A DNA stretch of 61,468 bases, counting the filler, from Circinaria calcarea (Eukaryota): the NCBI GenBank assembly GCA_051942165.1. It is 8 parts of 8 records of this genome, joined end to end, with 100 filler letters (N's around TTAATTAATTAA, not from the genome) between each part and the next. Parts side by side here need not be neighbours in the genome. Positions count along the whole stretch, not along the records: positions 1 to 7,620 come from JAVECS010001281.1; positions 7,721 to 15,329 come from JAVECS010001283.1; 6 more parts are not named here. One strand, written 5' to 3'. The notes under the pieces are model-generated. The model worked only from the letters and a program-made list of their open reading frames with translations. It made no database searches and was not told the origin of the DNA. Shown here piece by piece: positions 1 through 12,680 of this stretch. Both the position numbers and the translations under genes were made by a program. The first letter of the stretch is position 1, and the number at the start of each line of letters is the position of its first letter.

Positions 1-2371
1 CGGTTGAACTATCCACCGAACGCACATATGGCAGAGCCTTCTGCCATGTAATTCCATAGTGAAGTCCATACACATAGAGTGGTAGTTACCATAGCCAATA
101 CAGCCTATTCCACCCTGTATCACATCCATTGATTAACAATAATATTACGGCGAAAAAAGCGGCGATAAAAAGGGCTAAAGAATTATAAACGAATAATATC
201 GCCGTATTTTTCCTTTATTAAATTTTATTCGGACGAACGGGACTCTGATGCGGTGGAGCCGGATATATAGAATACTTAATGTTCTTGAGTTTATAGTTAT
301 ATTTGAGAATTAGATTTTATAAAATATAATATATTTATATTTATCGAGAGCTATATTTTGTATCATCTACAACTCGTGTTTGAACCTACATTACCTCGGC
401 AGGCTACTTCTGAATGACTGATAAGCGCTGAGATGTCTTGGACGCTACTTCATCGCAGCCCAAGCTATTTACCTACTTATTAAACTTACGCAAAGCGCTT
501 ACAGTACGAATACTGATATTAAATGAATGAAACGGCCTAGAGAATAGGACTGAAAATGCAGAGGTTGAACAGGAGGACTGTGGGTCTTTCCTGGAGGGTA
601 ATGGGACAGGTGACACGGATTCATTATTGATGAATCTAGACAACGTTGACCGACGTTTCCACCCCGGCGATATTACGCTTCTGGAGCGCTGTGAACAAAA
701 GTCGAGCATGATCGAGATTTCAAATAAGGAGGACAAATCCGGGATAAAATGGATATGTTCGAAAAAGGAAGTTTCTGCTCAAGAAGATCTATTGACAGAA
801 GAGATTTCGTTACTCGAGCAGCTGTATGGTATATGGGAGGAATGGCCAAAGAGCATGCTGGTATTTCAACAAAGTAGCCGCGCAACCGGTTCAACACATA
901 CCACGGACGGACAGTCCGAATGAGAGGAAGAAAACTCTCTTGGTTGACCTCTCCGACTCGACCACTGAAAGCGAGTTCTCCTTATATGACCGTTTAGGAA
1001 CCAATAGCAGCTCACAAGAAGCGCATTCGCCCGAGCATACCCGTTCAACAAACGAAGAACCAGCCAGGTGGAACCACATCTGGCACTTCGACCCTCCTTC
1101 AGCAGAGAAATCCAGGGAAGGCCCGCCCCTTTCTGACAAGCAAGCCCTCCCAACACAAACCTCCACCACGCAGAAAAATCCTCCCTACCAAACCGCCAAA
1201 CCGCCTCAGGGCGCCATAGGTAAAGTCACCTGTGCTATGTGCCAGGAAGTCCCCTGGAAATGGTGGTACAATCCTCCCATCCCTCGGCGTCAGCGTCACC
1301 GCCGGCGTCAGCGTACACCGCCGAACCGGCGGCGCTATCCCAGAATGCCAGATCTGTCAGGAGGGGCTGACACTCCAAGGCTGGATATCAGGCCGGCCCT
1401 ATCAGGTAGATCCCGCGGAACGTGATGAGGCGGATAAGGAGTTTGACTGGAATTATTCCTGGGACCAGGGAGGTTCGTATGTGGAGTGTTGAAGGGTAGG
1501 ATATGGTTCCCACAAACACCGCGATTGCCAGTTTGCGAAGCCGTGCAAGGCTTGAGCTGTAACTATAGCTGTTTTTTGTTATCTTGACCCAGATTTCGTA
1601 GCATCTAGCTATAACTCCTACTCTCACCTCTTCTATTTCTTCCCCCCTAGTTTCCCTTTACACGTTTTTACTCCCCACGGCCTATATTATCTACCCCCAC
1701 CACCATCTACCTCTACCCCTAACCCAACATCCCAACACACCCCCTTCGTGCAAGGTACTCCCTACCTACCACCACTCTCCCACACTACTATACCATAGAA
1801 AGAATAGCCAGTTTTCTACGAGGCCCGCACCTAGGTATCAAATACTCAAATCTCCCCTTCTCCCCCTTCCCTCGAAATTCCCCCTACTCCTTCCCTATCC
1901 CCACTTCCCTTCCCTTCCTTCCCACGTCAGTACGGACCGGAATTTAGAAGAAGGGGGGTAACTCCATACTCTGGTGAGATTGGGGTGCAAAGCTCATTGC
2001 TTGCTTCCTTGCTTCCTTGCTTGCTTCATGAACGGTGGTGGTGGGAGGGACCGTGGGTCTACTGTAAACCTCTATGGTATGCAGTGCACTGAAGTGAAAT
2101 TCCTATCTTAGAATCCCTTGTAATTCAGCCTTTGCAATTTTTCTCTCTCACTCATCCCTCCACCTCAGTGGGGCCAGGGCACCTGGGACTTTTTTTCTTA
2201 GCCCTCCTCATCGCCAGAAAAGTAGAATTTCATATTTTCTATGTATTTTTTACATTTACATGGTTCTAGATATTCTATACGCGCGCTACGGGAGTAGATG
2301 CAGATGATAAATATACAGCTATTCAAGATCCCGTACCCCCTTTCCAAAATTATCCAAATCCCCTTTCTCCA

Positions 2372-5300
2372 TCAATCCTCCCTATCCCCACTGAACCCAT
2401 CCACCGCCCCGCTCCGCCTCTTCATCCTCTTCTCCAGCTCCGGCTTGCGCCCATTAGACTTGTAGTACAACAGCACGTCTCCGCCCGTCTTCCAGACGTG
2501 AGCTCGCAGCGTCGCGAGGGTCATGTGGTGTGGGACGAGCTATAAGAAACGGCCAGAGTTAGTTCAACAAACCTCCCAAGGCAACTGATAATAAATATTG
2601 GGGGAGGTGCGTACTTGGTTTTGACAATACAAATCAAGATATTCTTCCGGTTTCAGGGGATTGGGATCGATGTGTTCGGGTTGAGGTTCGATGCGCTCAG
2701 CAATGTACGCGAGGATCTTCTTGGCACGGAGCATGCGGTTGGCGTTGAGGCGGGAGTTACTGCTTATACCGGTTAGATTAATAGTTACGATCGTACGGTG
2801 CAAGGGAAGAACCATACCCATCCGCACTTGCTATACTTGGTAAGAGGTCTTGGTAAGGTTGAAGGACGAAAGAAACCTTGACGGTATCTTTGAAAGGGAT
2901 TTGGTTCTGGTATAAGTTAGCACACTACTTATCGCCTGTATCACGACATTGCATGCCCTTAGTAACAAGTCCCCCAGCCACGTCGGGGCGACTTTCTCAA
3001 TTATATCCGCGTCTTGGCCGACGGAAGCAACGGTGCCTCTATACAAATCTGCTACACCCCCGGAATCGAGGCGATCCTCTTGAACAATGACGGTTGTGAA
3101 TGGCGGTGGCTTGAGTATTGGTGTTTCGTTAGGCTGACTGGGAACAATGCTAGACTGCAAAGGCTCGCCTGGAGCATGTTGCAGCTGCTCCTCATATTCG
3201 TATCGGATCTTTTGAATGATGCCCAGAAAATTATCTTCGACAATCCGATCTTCCTTGACCGATGAGGTATCTGATTCTTCAAACTTCTCATCTACGACAA
3301 CCGGTTTTGCCTCGACGGAAGATCTTCCCAGCTTTTTCGGAAAGTTCATACGGAACTTCTTACTAAAGAGTGAACTGATATCCTTGGGTTTATCTCCTTT
3401 ATCAGGCTCAGATGATGCCTGCGTCAAAGAGTCCGTCTGGGTACCACCAGGGGTACTCGGTCCACCGTTTGTCACCACCTGGTTTTGCGGTGGTGGATTG
3501 CTCGAGAAATAGTCTCCTGATGTCCTGGGTTGGCTGCTGCGCGATTGATGCTTCTCAAGAGAGGTACTTTCTTCAGCTGTGCTGGGTAGGTGATTCTGCG
3601 CCGCTATGCCCGGATTAGAGGCAGGCGCCCCAGGCGTAGCAATACCAATCGCAAGGCCCGGGGTCATGGCAGGGTATGGATAACCATTTGCCGGACGTGG
3701 AGTGACGATAGAGCCGACATCGTCCTCACTGTCCTGCCATCGACTGGTTTCAAACAAAGGTAACGATATTGACGGAGGTGCGTTCTCCCTCAATAGACCT
3801 TTCGATTCCTTTGTGGAATTACCGAGGTGGACTCGAAAAGCTTCATCCCGCCTGATTTCTTCATTCACCAGGTTAGCGAATAAGTATCGCAATACCCATT
3901 TTCCAAGATTTACTGCAGATTCACGTTAGTCTAAAGATGAAAAAGTGATCAAATGCTCGATTCGATAGGTATCTTATCGGCCAAAACAGACACGTGTAAG
4001 CTTACTTCGTTGATCCTCCCTAAGGTCAGTCATCTCCTCTATTTCTGCCTCATCAGCATACATTTCTGCATCAAAGCAGTAATTCTCTTCAAGAACCACC
4101 GCCAGTCTTCCAGTCCTGGTATCCACTCCACACCAATTCGCCACGCTTTCCATTGTATTGACCTCGGGCATGACATCTTCAAGATGACGCATGCCAAATG
4201 ATTGTATGGGTACGCACTGATTATGCTTTAGACAAGACCAGTCACCGAGCGGCATTGAAACAGACCTTTAGAAGGTCCCACATTACCACCTCGCCCGCCG
4301 TGTCTAAAGTTAAGACCCTTTTCCGGTCGTTAAGCATGACATGCTTGATCAGTCCGTTTTGACCCTCGATGGTCTCCTCAGGAAGGCTGAAATATGGTAC
4401 CACAGTTCCGTAGTCCCAGTCCAGTTCCACTTCGGAAGGTTTTCTGGCATTGGAACCACTCTGAATCGTAGCACTTTCCACATCTCGCGTCTTTGGAACC
4501 GCCAAAGCAGATGCATGCGAAAGTCTCAAAATGCAATTGAGAGGAATCTTCTTGACGGCGTCCCCGTTCACCCCGCTCTGCTCAGATGAAGTGTGGGTAG
4601 GAAGCTTAGGCCGTTGTACCAGACTCGAGGCGCGCTGATGCCGTGGAGATTCAGGTAGTTGGAAGCCTGCGCTTGTTTCGACATCTTTCCAGCGGTTGAT
4701 ACTTGAACTCGATGTGGCAGTCCAGAAGTAATCTCCGGCGGCCACAACCTTACAGACACCTTGATTTTCTTGTGCGAGAGCCAAAGAAAGTCCCTGATCC
4801 CAATCTGCACTACCGCGTGTGTCGGTCTTGGCGACCAGGCCGGACCTGTCACTAGAGTAGAAAATCGACAATTGCGGGTGATCCGAGTAGAGTGACCAGA
4901 CACTATCGTTGTGCATTGACAGAGTATACATGCATCTTCCGGCAGCCATCGACCAGACTTTGATCGTCTGATCCGAAGAAGCTGTCATCACAGTGTCGCC
5001 ATCTTGATTGATTAAGATGTTGCGAACGTTGTCTGTATGACCTACCAGTTTCGTGATGCGCTTGCCAGATCTTGGATCCCAGACTCTGACGACACTTTCC
5101 GGTCCTCCGCTGGCCATAATCGAACCTCGGGCAGTCAAGGCATACACAGACCCCTTTGCACTCTGCTCATCCTCTCCCACATCTATCTGGAGCATTTCAC
5201 CGCCGCCATTAAGATCCCAGATCCGTATCTTGTGATCTAGGCCGCCCGATGCAACCCAGCCTGAATGTCTGCCCGGCGTCGTAAGACATTTGACATAATC

Positions 5301-5847
5301 GCTGTGAAGTCCGATTGTGGTCGCAGATTGGCCATCCTCTGCATGAGGTCGCCATATCTTTACGGTAATATCAGATGATGCGGAAACGAGTGCAGTGTTA
5401 CTCTGAGCAAGTATAATATCATTAACCCAGTGAGTATGAGCTTGAACTTGGCTTCGAAATGTGGTAGAAGTGGCCTTACTCGAGCTCGTATCGGGAGGGG
5501 GGTCGTCGGGGGAGGAGAATGGGTTCTGGAGGGAGTGAGGGGGATGCTTTAGGTCGAGGTTGAGGTCCCACGCGCATATAGCTCCATCACGTCCTCCGGA
5601 GTAGCTGTCATTGGGTTAGCATTTGAAGAGCATCGAATGGAGAGCGCGGACTTACAGAATAGATTGGTCACTATCGACAGCGAGACCATTGACCCCCAGG
5701 CGATGTCCTCCAGGAGAGTTGGCCAGGGGAAGAACTTGATATGCACGATAGGGTCAGTTTCGAGGGCGAAAACTTGCGCCGGAGCGAGAAAGGAGGTTAA
5801 GGGTTCAGCGCACCGTAACTTATGCGCTGGCGAGCCTTGCGGGCCAT
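2372..5847 (-). CDS. WDR48: WD repeat-containing protein 48 / UAF1 (Bun107/Duf1-type deubiquitinase cofactor), multi-exon
   Basis: ATG at 5847 gives [32 protein letters not shown] across GT-AG introns. WD40 repeats follow ([29 protein letters not shown]), then C-terminal [16 protein letters not shown] and [22 protein letters not shown]. Stop TGA at 2372-2374. Confidence 0.9.
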
Positions 5848-7426
5848 TTGAGACAGCGCTCCTCATACGAAGGGGGCAGGGAGGTATTTAGAGGGGGGTA
5901 CAGGTAAATCGATGTTACAGAGGTCTTCATAATTCCGGAGAGTCTAGCTGAGGGTACCTGACAAGCTACATAGTACTATGGGGGTCTTTCGGTGTCAGAA
6001 GGGACAAATCTGTGCCGCCGCCCTGAAGTATGTGCTAAGCCTAGTGAGTGGGGGGCCTGACCCAAGCCGAGCGTTAGGCCATACTCTAATCCAACCTCAT
6101 CCGTCTTCTCCAAGCATCTCCATCCACCAACTACCCCGTATCTTACTACCCTCAACGCCGTAGTGCTTAGTATAGACTGAATACTGCCACGCGAGCGTGT
6201 CCGAATTCACATCACACGCATCATCAGACTAGATATAGCTGGCTGCAGGTCATATTTGTGTGAGCCTGCATACAATGGTACTACAGTCGCCATACTTAGT
6301 TCCCGGCTGGGTTGCAACTGTGCCCAAGGTACCTCTGCTGTTGCTTCCGGGGCTAGAGCTGCTACCCGTAGCTCACTGTCGCGTATCTCGAGAACTCTTG
6401 GAGCTTTTCTATTATTCCAATCGAAGCACGGACTCGGTGTGTCTTGTATAGTTTGGCATACACTCGATGCAAAAGTCTGTGCGAATTTTGAATCCGAGAG
6501 CACGGTTTGACAGCTAGACCTCTCATTGGTACGCCTTCACATTATTCTCCAATGCCACCCCTCCATTTGTACATCCGTATCTTCTCCATTTCTTCTCGGC
6601 GTGGCTACGGCCGCCGTCCTGTTCACTTGTCACTCTACGCTAATTTTCTCATCACCTTGCCAACTCTTCCATGTATGGGGTTTACCTTGAGATCGGGAAG
6701 CTTTGTTCATGTTGAAAAGTGATATTGTACGAGGGACTTGGCTAAAGAGAAAAGTGACGAGAATAGCTAGAAAATGAGGAGTACAGGGTTGAAATCGCGT
6801 AACAAAAACATAGAATGGAATATGAAGTCGTGGGAAGAAATTTTACTCTTTTGATCGTTGTCACTGCTAACGGGAAGATTTATTTCAACTCTAAGCGCTC
6901 GGTCGAATTAGAATTAGGCTTTTCTCTGAATAACCAAATCGTTATTGGAGTGACTTGTTCTCGGAGAGAAGATGCTTCACGAGTTATGATCATGCTGTAG
7001 AAATAAATGCTGGGTCTGGAAATTAGCCCTATAAGGATACAGCCTTAAGCGTATATAACTTGCGGTTTTGGAAAGTAGAGCGTGGTTGACTTTGGTGCCG
7101 ATGCTCTCCCTAGTATGCCGTCTATGACTCCGACTTCCTGCCCTCGACCGTAATCGCTACCGCACTATGATTTTCCAATCAATTGGAGAATTCGATCGTC
7201 TCATATCCTATTGGGTTGGCCATGACGACGTCCTCGTGCCGGGCCTTGTATGCCCGAGTACCGAGAGGCCCCTCCCCCCACCATCCATTGTCAACTGTAC
7301 ACCGGCATCACTGGATACTCCCTTTTTGACAACGGCTATAGGTCAATCGTTCATGCAACTACTAGTGAACAAATAGAGCTTCCATTTCAGGTGATAGGTT
7401 GGATTCCGGAAATTAGCCCGTGTTCC

Positions 7427-7620
7427 ATGCTCCAATTGAGCCGCTCGGCGCAAAGATCCATGTACATCCCTCCCCACCTCCCCTCCTTCAGAAATCCCTA
7501 AACATCAAAGCACTAACCGTCTACAGAAAACCATCCAGTCTACAAATCTTTCCTAAGAGAGTTCCCTACCAATCACACATCTCCCATCTCTCCTCCTCTT
7601 CCCCCTCCTCCCCTTCCTCC
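7427..7620 (+). CDS. Possible 5' end of a gene with a mitochondrial-presequence-like N-terminus, truncated by the contig end
   Basis: ATG at 7427, then an intron (GTACAT...GCACTAAC...CAG). The spliced peptide MLQLSRSAQRSIKPSSLQIFPKRVPYQSHISHLSSSS is R/S/L-rich with no acidic residues. No family is recognisable. Confidence 0.35.
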
Positions 7621-7720
7621 NNNNNNNNNNNNNNNNNNNNNNNNNNNNNNNNNNNNNNNNNNNNTTAATTAATTAANNNNNNNNNNNNNNNNNNNNNNNN
7701 NNNNNNNNNNNNNNNNNNNN
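7621..7720. other. Artificial contig-joining spacer
   Basis: N44-TTAATTAATTAA-N44, which has stops in all six frames and is identical at seven positions. Confidence 0.99.
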
Positions 7721-8249
7721 ATTTATTATTATTATATTTTATAATATAATTTTTATATAAATAAAAGTTATAGGCCCGGAGTAAAGAAATATATTTAATT
7801 ATAAATTCTAATTTCGCGTAAAACTCGGATCGGTAAATTACCGAATAATCCCCCCCCCCGGAATTTAAGCGACGACCCCTTCTAGATACGGGGTTAATTT
7901 AAAGGATTTTTAATAATCCGTAGGATATTGTTTTGGACTACTCATTCAGCCAATTTGAAGGAATATATTCGATAGCCGTGATGTAAGACCGTTGCAATGA
8001 ATATAAACTCGTAGAGCTGTTTTTGAAACCATTCGATAGAAATAATATTAAACTACCGCTGGGAAACTCTCTATCCATGCTTGAAGTTGCGAAGGCGGAA
8101 TAATGCAGAACAGTTCAGCGCGCCAGCCCACGGGAACTCGGAGTACATGTTCATGTACTTTTCTGCGGAGTGTTGGTAGCTGCTTGCTTCTCATTAGTGA
8201 CTGGTAACGCGCGCCAGCGCGCAGAGCCCTGAAACGTATTGTATTTAAT

Positions 8250-8745
8250 ATATAATGCAGCATTTAGTATAGCATCCAGCATAACAAGCTGTATAGCACG
8301 CGGTATATTATAATAATAGCATGCCGTATAGCATAAAAGAAGCATAGCACTCAGTAAAGCACGCTGTATAACACGCTGTATAGCATGGCAATAGCACGTA
8401 GTATAGCATAGAATTGCAGTATAATAGAGTATTTATTAAGCGTTAGGGTTAGGTGGGCCTAAGCGGCCCACCTAACCCTAACAGGCTGGAAGTATGGAGC
8501 ATAGCATGGAGCATAATATAGAAAGAGTATGCTGCAGAGCATGGAGCATAGCATGGAGCATAGCATGAAGCATAGCATAGAAAGAGCATGGTATAGAGCA
8601 TGAAGCATGGCATTGAGCATGGCATAGCGAAAACACGCGGCATAGCATGGAAAAAGCACGCAGTATGGGATGGAAAGAGCATGCTACATAGGATGGAAAG
8701 AGCATGCTGCATAGCATGGAAAGAGCATGCAGCATAGTATATAGT
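8250..8745. repeat. Degenerate minisatellite of about 12-bp GCATAGCATGGA-like units in AT-rich, probably transposon-derived DNA
   Basis: Many GCATRGCATR units, e.g. gcatagcatgga gcatagcatgaa gcatagcataga. Variants differ mainly by transitions. The tract produces the spurious MLHAMLHA and MLCSMLCS ORFs. Confidence 0.75.
8442..8482. repeat. Perfect 18-bp inverted repeat containing telomere-type TTAGGG units
   Basis: GTTAGGGTTAGGTGGGCC (8442-8459), loop TAAGC, GGCCCACCTAACCCTAAC (8465-8482). Confidence 0.95.
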
Positions 8746-9372
8746 ATAGTATCGAAAGAACACGCCGCATATAAATCTCAAATATATGCGCAAAGGGCGT
8801 ATAATCGAGCATTTTACGACCTTCCTATAAAGGTAAGAGCTAAGGCCCAAAATTGATAAAAAACTAGGCCGAAAAGCGTAAAAAAATTAAACCCTTTACA
8901 GCCACTTTAAGTGTTCTGCTGAGACTCCGGTAGAATTTTGCTCGGATCGGACCGGGTCGTGCCCAGATTTATAACCCTTCAACTTCGTTCCTCGTTTCAG
9001 GGCATTATCGTTTAGGAAGACGTGGCATCGATTGGCATCTGCTATGGGAATCTCTGTGCGCGCTATTCCATTTTCGCTATGAGAACCGCGTGACGAAAAT
9101 GGAACAGCGCGCACAAAGATTTCAGCCTCGGACTTCTGCCACTGCACACACATCGCCCGTCAAAGATGGCGGTAGATGATAACTTTATGATACTCTAGAA
9201 AAGCTTGTTCGATTATCTACACCAACATTGCGAGCATTGTCCTGAATTCAGTGAGCGATAGCATGACTTATCAGACGGGCATGTGGTTGTTATTCCCTGC
9301 GGATATCCATCTGGTGAACCTTCTTCTAAGAAACGAAAGATTCTACACGGATCAGAGCCTCAAGAATTGTCG

Positions 9373-9449
9373 CAGCCTGAACCACAGCAGCCTGAACCAC
9401 TGCAGCAGCCTGAACCACAGCAGCCTGAACCTCAGCAGAGCAGCCTGAA
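9373..9449 (+). repeat. Tandem 15/18-bp repeat (CAGCCTGAACCACAG) that would encode QPEPQ repeats; coding status unclear
   Basis: Four to five copies seen directly, in frame with a KKRK-containing short ORF (9283-9468). Confidence 0.7.
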
Positions 9450-9863
9450 GTTTGCGAAGAGCAGCTGAATCGTGGCTATCGAAGCCTTGTGCTTGGCACA
9501 CCAAATAGGAAAGAGCTAGCACAGTAATACTGGCCCAGATCTACCAGCCACGTCACGTATTTCTAGTGGCGGCTTTGATTAGGGCAATCAAAAGGAAATC
9601 TCTGTGCATGTGATGCTACCATATCTACTCCGTAGAATCTGACACGACTGAGTCGATGCTCGTAGATTTAGCGTAGCGCTAGAGACTCCATCTCAGAGGG
9701 TAGCGGTGACGATTACTGCCTTGGAGGATCTTACCTCAGAGATGCTTTAAACGAGGCTGGGCTGGAAAACTATTTTATAAAGCTTTATTCGATAGTCCTT
9801 CTAGTATCTACCAGTTTTGTATATTTCTAGCAAATAAACGACAATAACAGCTGCAGAAGCTGA

Positions 9864-11782
9864 ATGCGAAAGACTTATTTGCCTGACCTTGATCCATCCA
9901 AGATGCAGCCCCAACAGAAGCAGCCTGATTCTTTGACTAAGCAAAATTCTTTGAAGGAGTGGAAAGCTCAGTTTTCGGAGCCAGAGACATTTCCAATTGT
10001 TAATGGTAGCTGCTATGCTCAGCAATTGCTAGAACAGCAACAAAATAGGCTCTTTATAGCCGACCTTGGCAAGATTCAGCAGGAGATTTGGGCCATAAGC
10101 CCGGTGCAGAATGGTATTATCTCTACACCGATAGTTGAAGGTCACTTATTCATTGCCTAATAGTTATGAAATTTATAATATCGTCTGAAAACGATTTTAA
10201 AAACCATCTCAAGGTCCGTATTGCGAACTTCGTCTCGGCAAAAGCTTTTTCACATGGCTGACGTTTCAGATAGGATTTCAAACACTCAAGCTATGAAGCA
10301 ATTATATTGTGGATCCAACTTTCTTGCTTCATATACAACAACAAACTAACCTGTCCTCGCACAGTTTTATCAAGCAGGCCACAACATGGAGCCGTTTGAA
10401 GCTGACATATGAAATGTTCTGTCAGCTCTGCAGTTCCTATCAAATCACCCCGTCGTTTCTGGAGTTAGTGACTGCCTTTGGATACCGAAGGGCAGATACG
10501 GACAGCCACTTCAATTCCTACTTCAGCAATTCCCAGATTGGGCCGGTAGTAGCGTCGCAAACAACCCACGGTGAGGGCCGCCAAGTTTTTTTCGCTATTC
10601 AAAGACACCTCTAATAGAGCGACATAAGCAGAGGTCTGCTATAATCTCAGACATGTTCAATTACATGGTAGAAGTAAGGGAGATCCATGGTCGTTCCGGA
10701 ACTTTGCAGTCTACCATCGATATTCCACGTCCAAAAAATCGGTCTGGATCTTTATTGGTTTACCTAAGTCCATGGAAGATCATCTTGAACATGCCTTACC
10801 GGATTCTGGTCTCGAAGGTTCTCATCCGCTGCTCTTGCATGCATACCTTTTGACCGCCTCTCTTAAGAATTGGCGCTGGTATTTCAGTTATCTAGAGGAA
10901 CAGCTGCAAGAAATAGTATGCACACTGAGTTCTCTTTGCCTGAACAAGGCCGACTTTCGATATTAACGTGTACAGTCAGAAGCAGTTACATTCTCGGATG
11001 TCGAGACAACGGGCAAGCCTGACTACAACGTTAGCTTCTCGAAATGTCAAACGTTAGGCAAATTGCGGAGTAAGCTAGAAAGGAGTCTTTCGATCCTTCA
11101 ATCGAGTATGGGGATTGATGAGGCTATATTGTCCCATGCCCAGGGGCTCGTAGGGGAAACTCATGCACAGATTTATGACAGCAGGTACCTGAATTCTGTA
11201 CTTCAACAACAACAGTTTATAATCCAAGGGCACATCCGCACAGTAAAAATGCTTCTGCAGTCGTGTGATTTTACCGCTCAGATGGTAGGTAATACGTGCC
11301 ATATTGCCCTGGAGTGGCATATTTGCTAATATGCTAAATACGTTGAAGCTGTTTCAACTACTAGGATTTCGAAGTGACAACCTGCTGCATCAAAATGGAA
11401 ACTCACTCCGAGAGTTTGCCTCTACAGCGTCTTCACAAAATAAGAGTATGCTCTCGCTCAGTAAAGAGACAAGCATCGATTCCCGAGCAATGCGAATCGC
11501 TGCATTCATTTCCCTCGCCTACCTCCCGGCTGGTGTTGTTGCAGTGAGTGGTTTAGAAAAAGTAAGCTTTTGCAGTCTAATAGCTGACCGAGTATTTGGC
11601 ACGTTCAGGCTGTCTTCAATAGCAATCTCGTGGGCCTTGAGCAAAATGGGCAGTCGGGATTCATTGTCCGTAGAGAAATGTGGATTTTTGTGGTTATCAC
11701 GGCAGGGCTAAGCTGGATAACTTTGATGGCATGGTGGATTCTGGAGCGAAAGCAAAAGAGCACGCTGCTTCATTTAATTTGA
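9864..11782 (+). CDS. Fungal CorA-like domain protein with two C-terminal TM helices, multi-exon, apparently intact
   Basis: Spliced exons give FIKQATTWSRLKLTYEMF...FLELVTAFG, CYNLRHV...DPWSFRNFAVYH, NWRWYFSYLE, SIDSRAMRIAAFISLAYLPAGVVA/AVFNSN and MWIFVVITAGLSWITLMAWW. Stop TGA at 11780-11782. The start could be ATG 9864 or 9903. Confidence 0.7.
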
Positions 11783-11866
11783 TGAAATCGATAGCGCATT
11801 TCTGATATCAAAAGCGTATTGTCATCGCCTGATCGAGCGCATTCGAACGCCGTCGAAATTTTTCAA

Positions 11867-12680
11867 TTACGGTCTGTAGGGGGAAAAGTGCGGCGTTTCA
11901 ACCATAACGTTGATAGCTATAATTTGGATTTGGCTTTTCGTATCCACGAGCGATTCTAGTATGCGCACGAGATAGTTCAAAGGTTCTTGAACCGTGCCTC
12001 TATAGATGCCACTATGGATGTTTTCTCGTGGTCCTCTGATAGTGACTTCGTAACAAATAATGCTACGCAAACCGCATATCAAGCAAGATCTGTGGGAGTC
12101 TAACCAGTAATTGTCAGATATGCTAATAGCATTTACTTTCTCAAACAGCCATTCAACTTCTGTTTGTCCCTCAATGAACGCTTTCAGTCCTTGGCTGCCA
12201 GACTCTTCCATCCCCTCAAAACACATAATTAGGTTAACTGGGATGTCCATACCGGCCTCCTGGTATGCTTCAATTGTATTCAGCCAGGCAATTATAGGAC
12301 CCTTGTCATCGGTGGTCCCTCGCCCATATATTGTCCCATCCTCGACTCTTAGCTTGAAATGATCTAGGTCCGTGGTAGAGGCCGGCTGATCATCGTAATG
12401 GCCATAGATAAAGATATTACGCTTGGTGGGAGACGATCCATAATGAGCTACAACGGCTGGAGGCAGGTCAACGTCTTCTTCGCCAGCTTGTTTGCCTCAG
12501 GGCTACGTCTTGGCTTCGATTCCTAGATTTTAAAGCTCCTTAACCCAAAAATCGGCCATCTATCAAACGTTAGCATGCATTTATACAACGATTTAGAATG
12601 CTGAGGGTACCTCAATGACTTAAGGCCGAAAAAGAATGCCGCTGGAGACAGAATGGTATGGAACGGCATCTGCAAGACCT
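11867..12680 (-). pseudogene. DUG1: Dug1/CNDP2-like Cys-Gly metallodipeptidase (M20 family) pseudogene, 3'-truncated
   Basis: Motifs IYGHYDDQPA, YGRGTTDDKGP, CFEGMEESGS and ISDNYWL. In-frame stops at 12530-12532 (TAA), 12503-12505 (TAG) and 12497-12499 (TGA). The C-terminal half is absent. Confidence 0.85.

Noticed and set aside
430..1500. Overlapping short ORFs with CxxC-like pairs
   Set aside because: No recognisable family and no consistent exon chain. It may be a decayed gene or transposon, but I cannot support a call.
8449..8850. ORFs reading MLHAMLHA / MLCSMLCS
   Set aside because: They are by-products of the 12-bp minisatellite in several frames.
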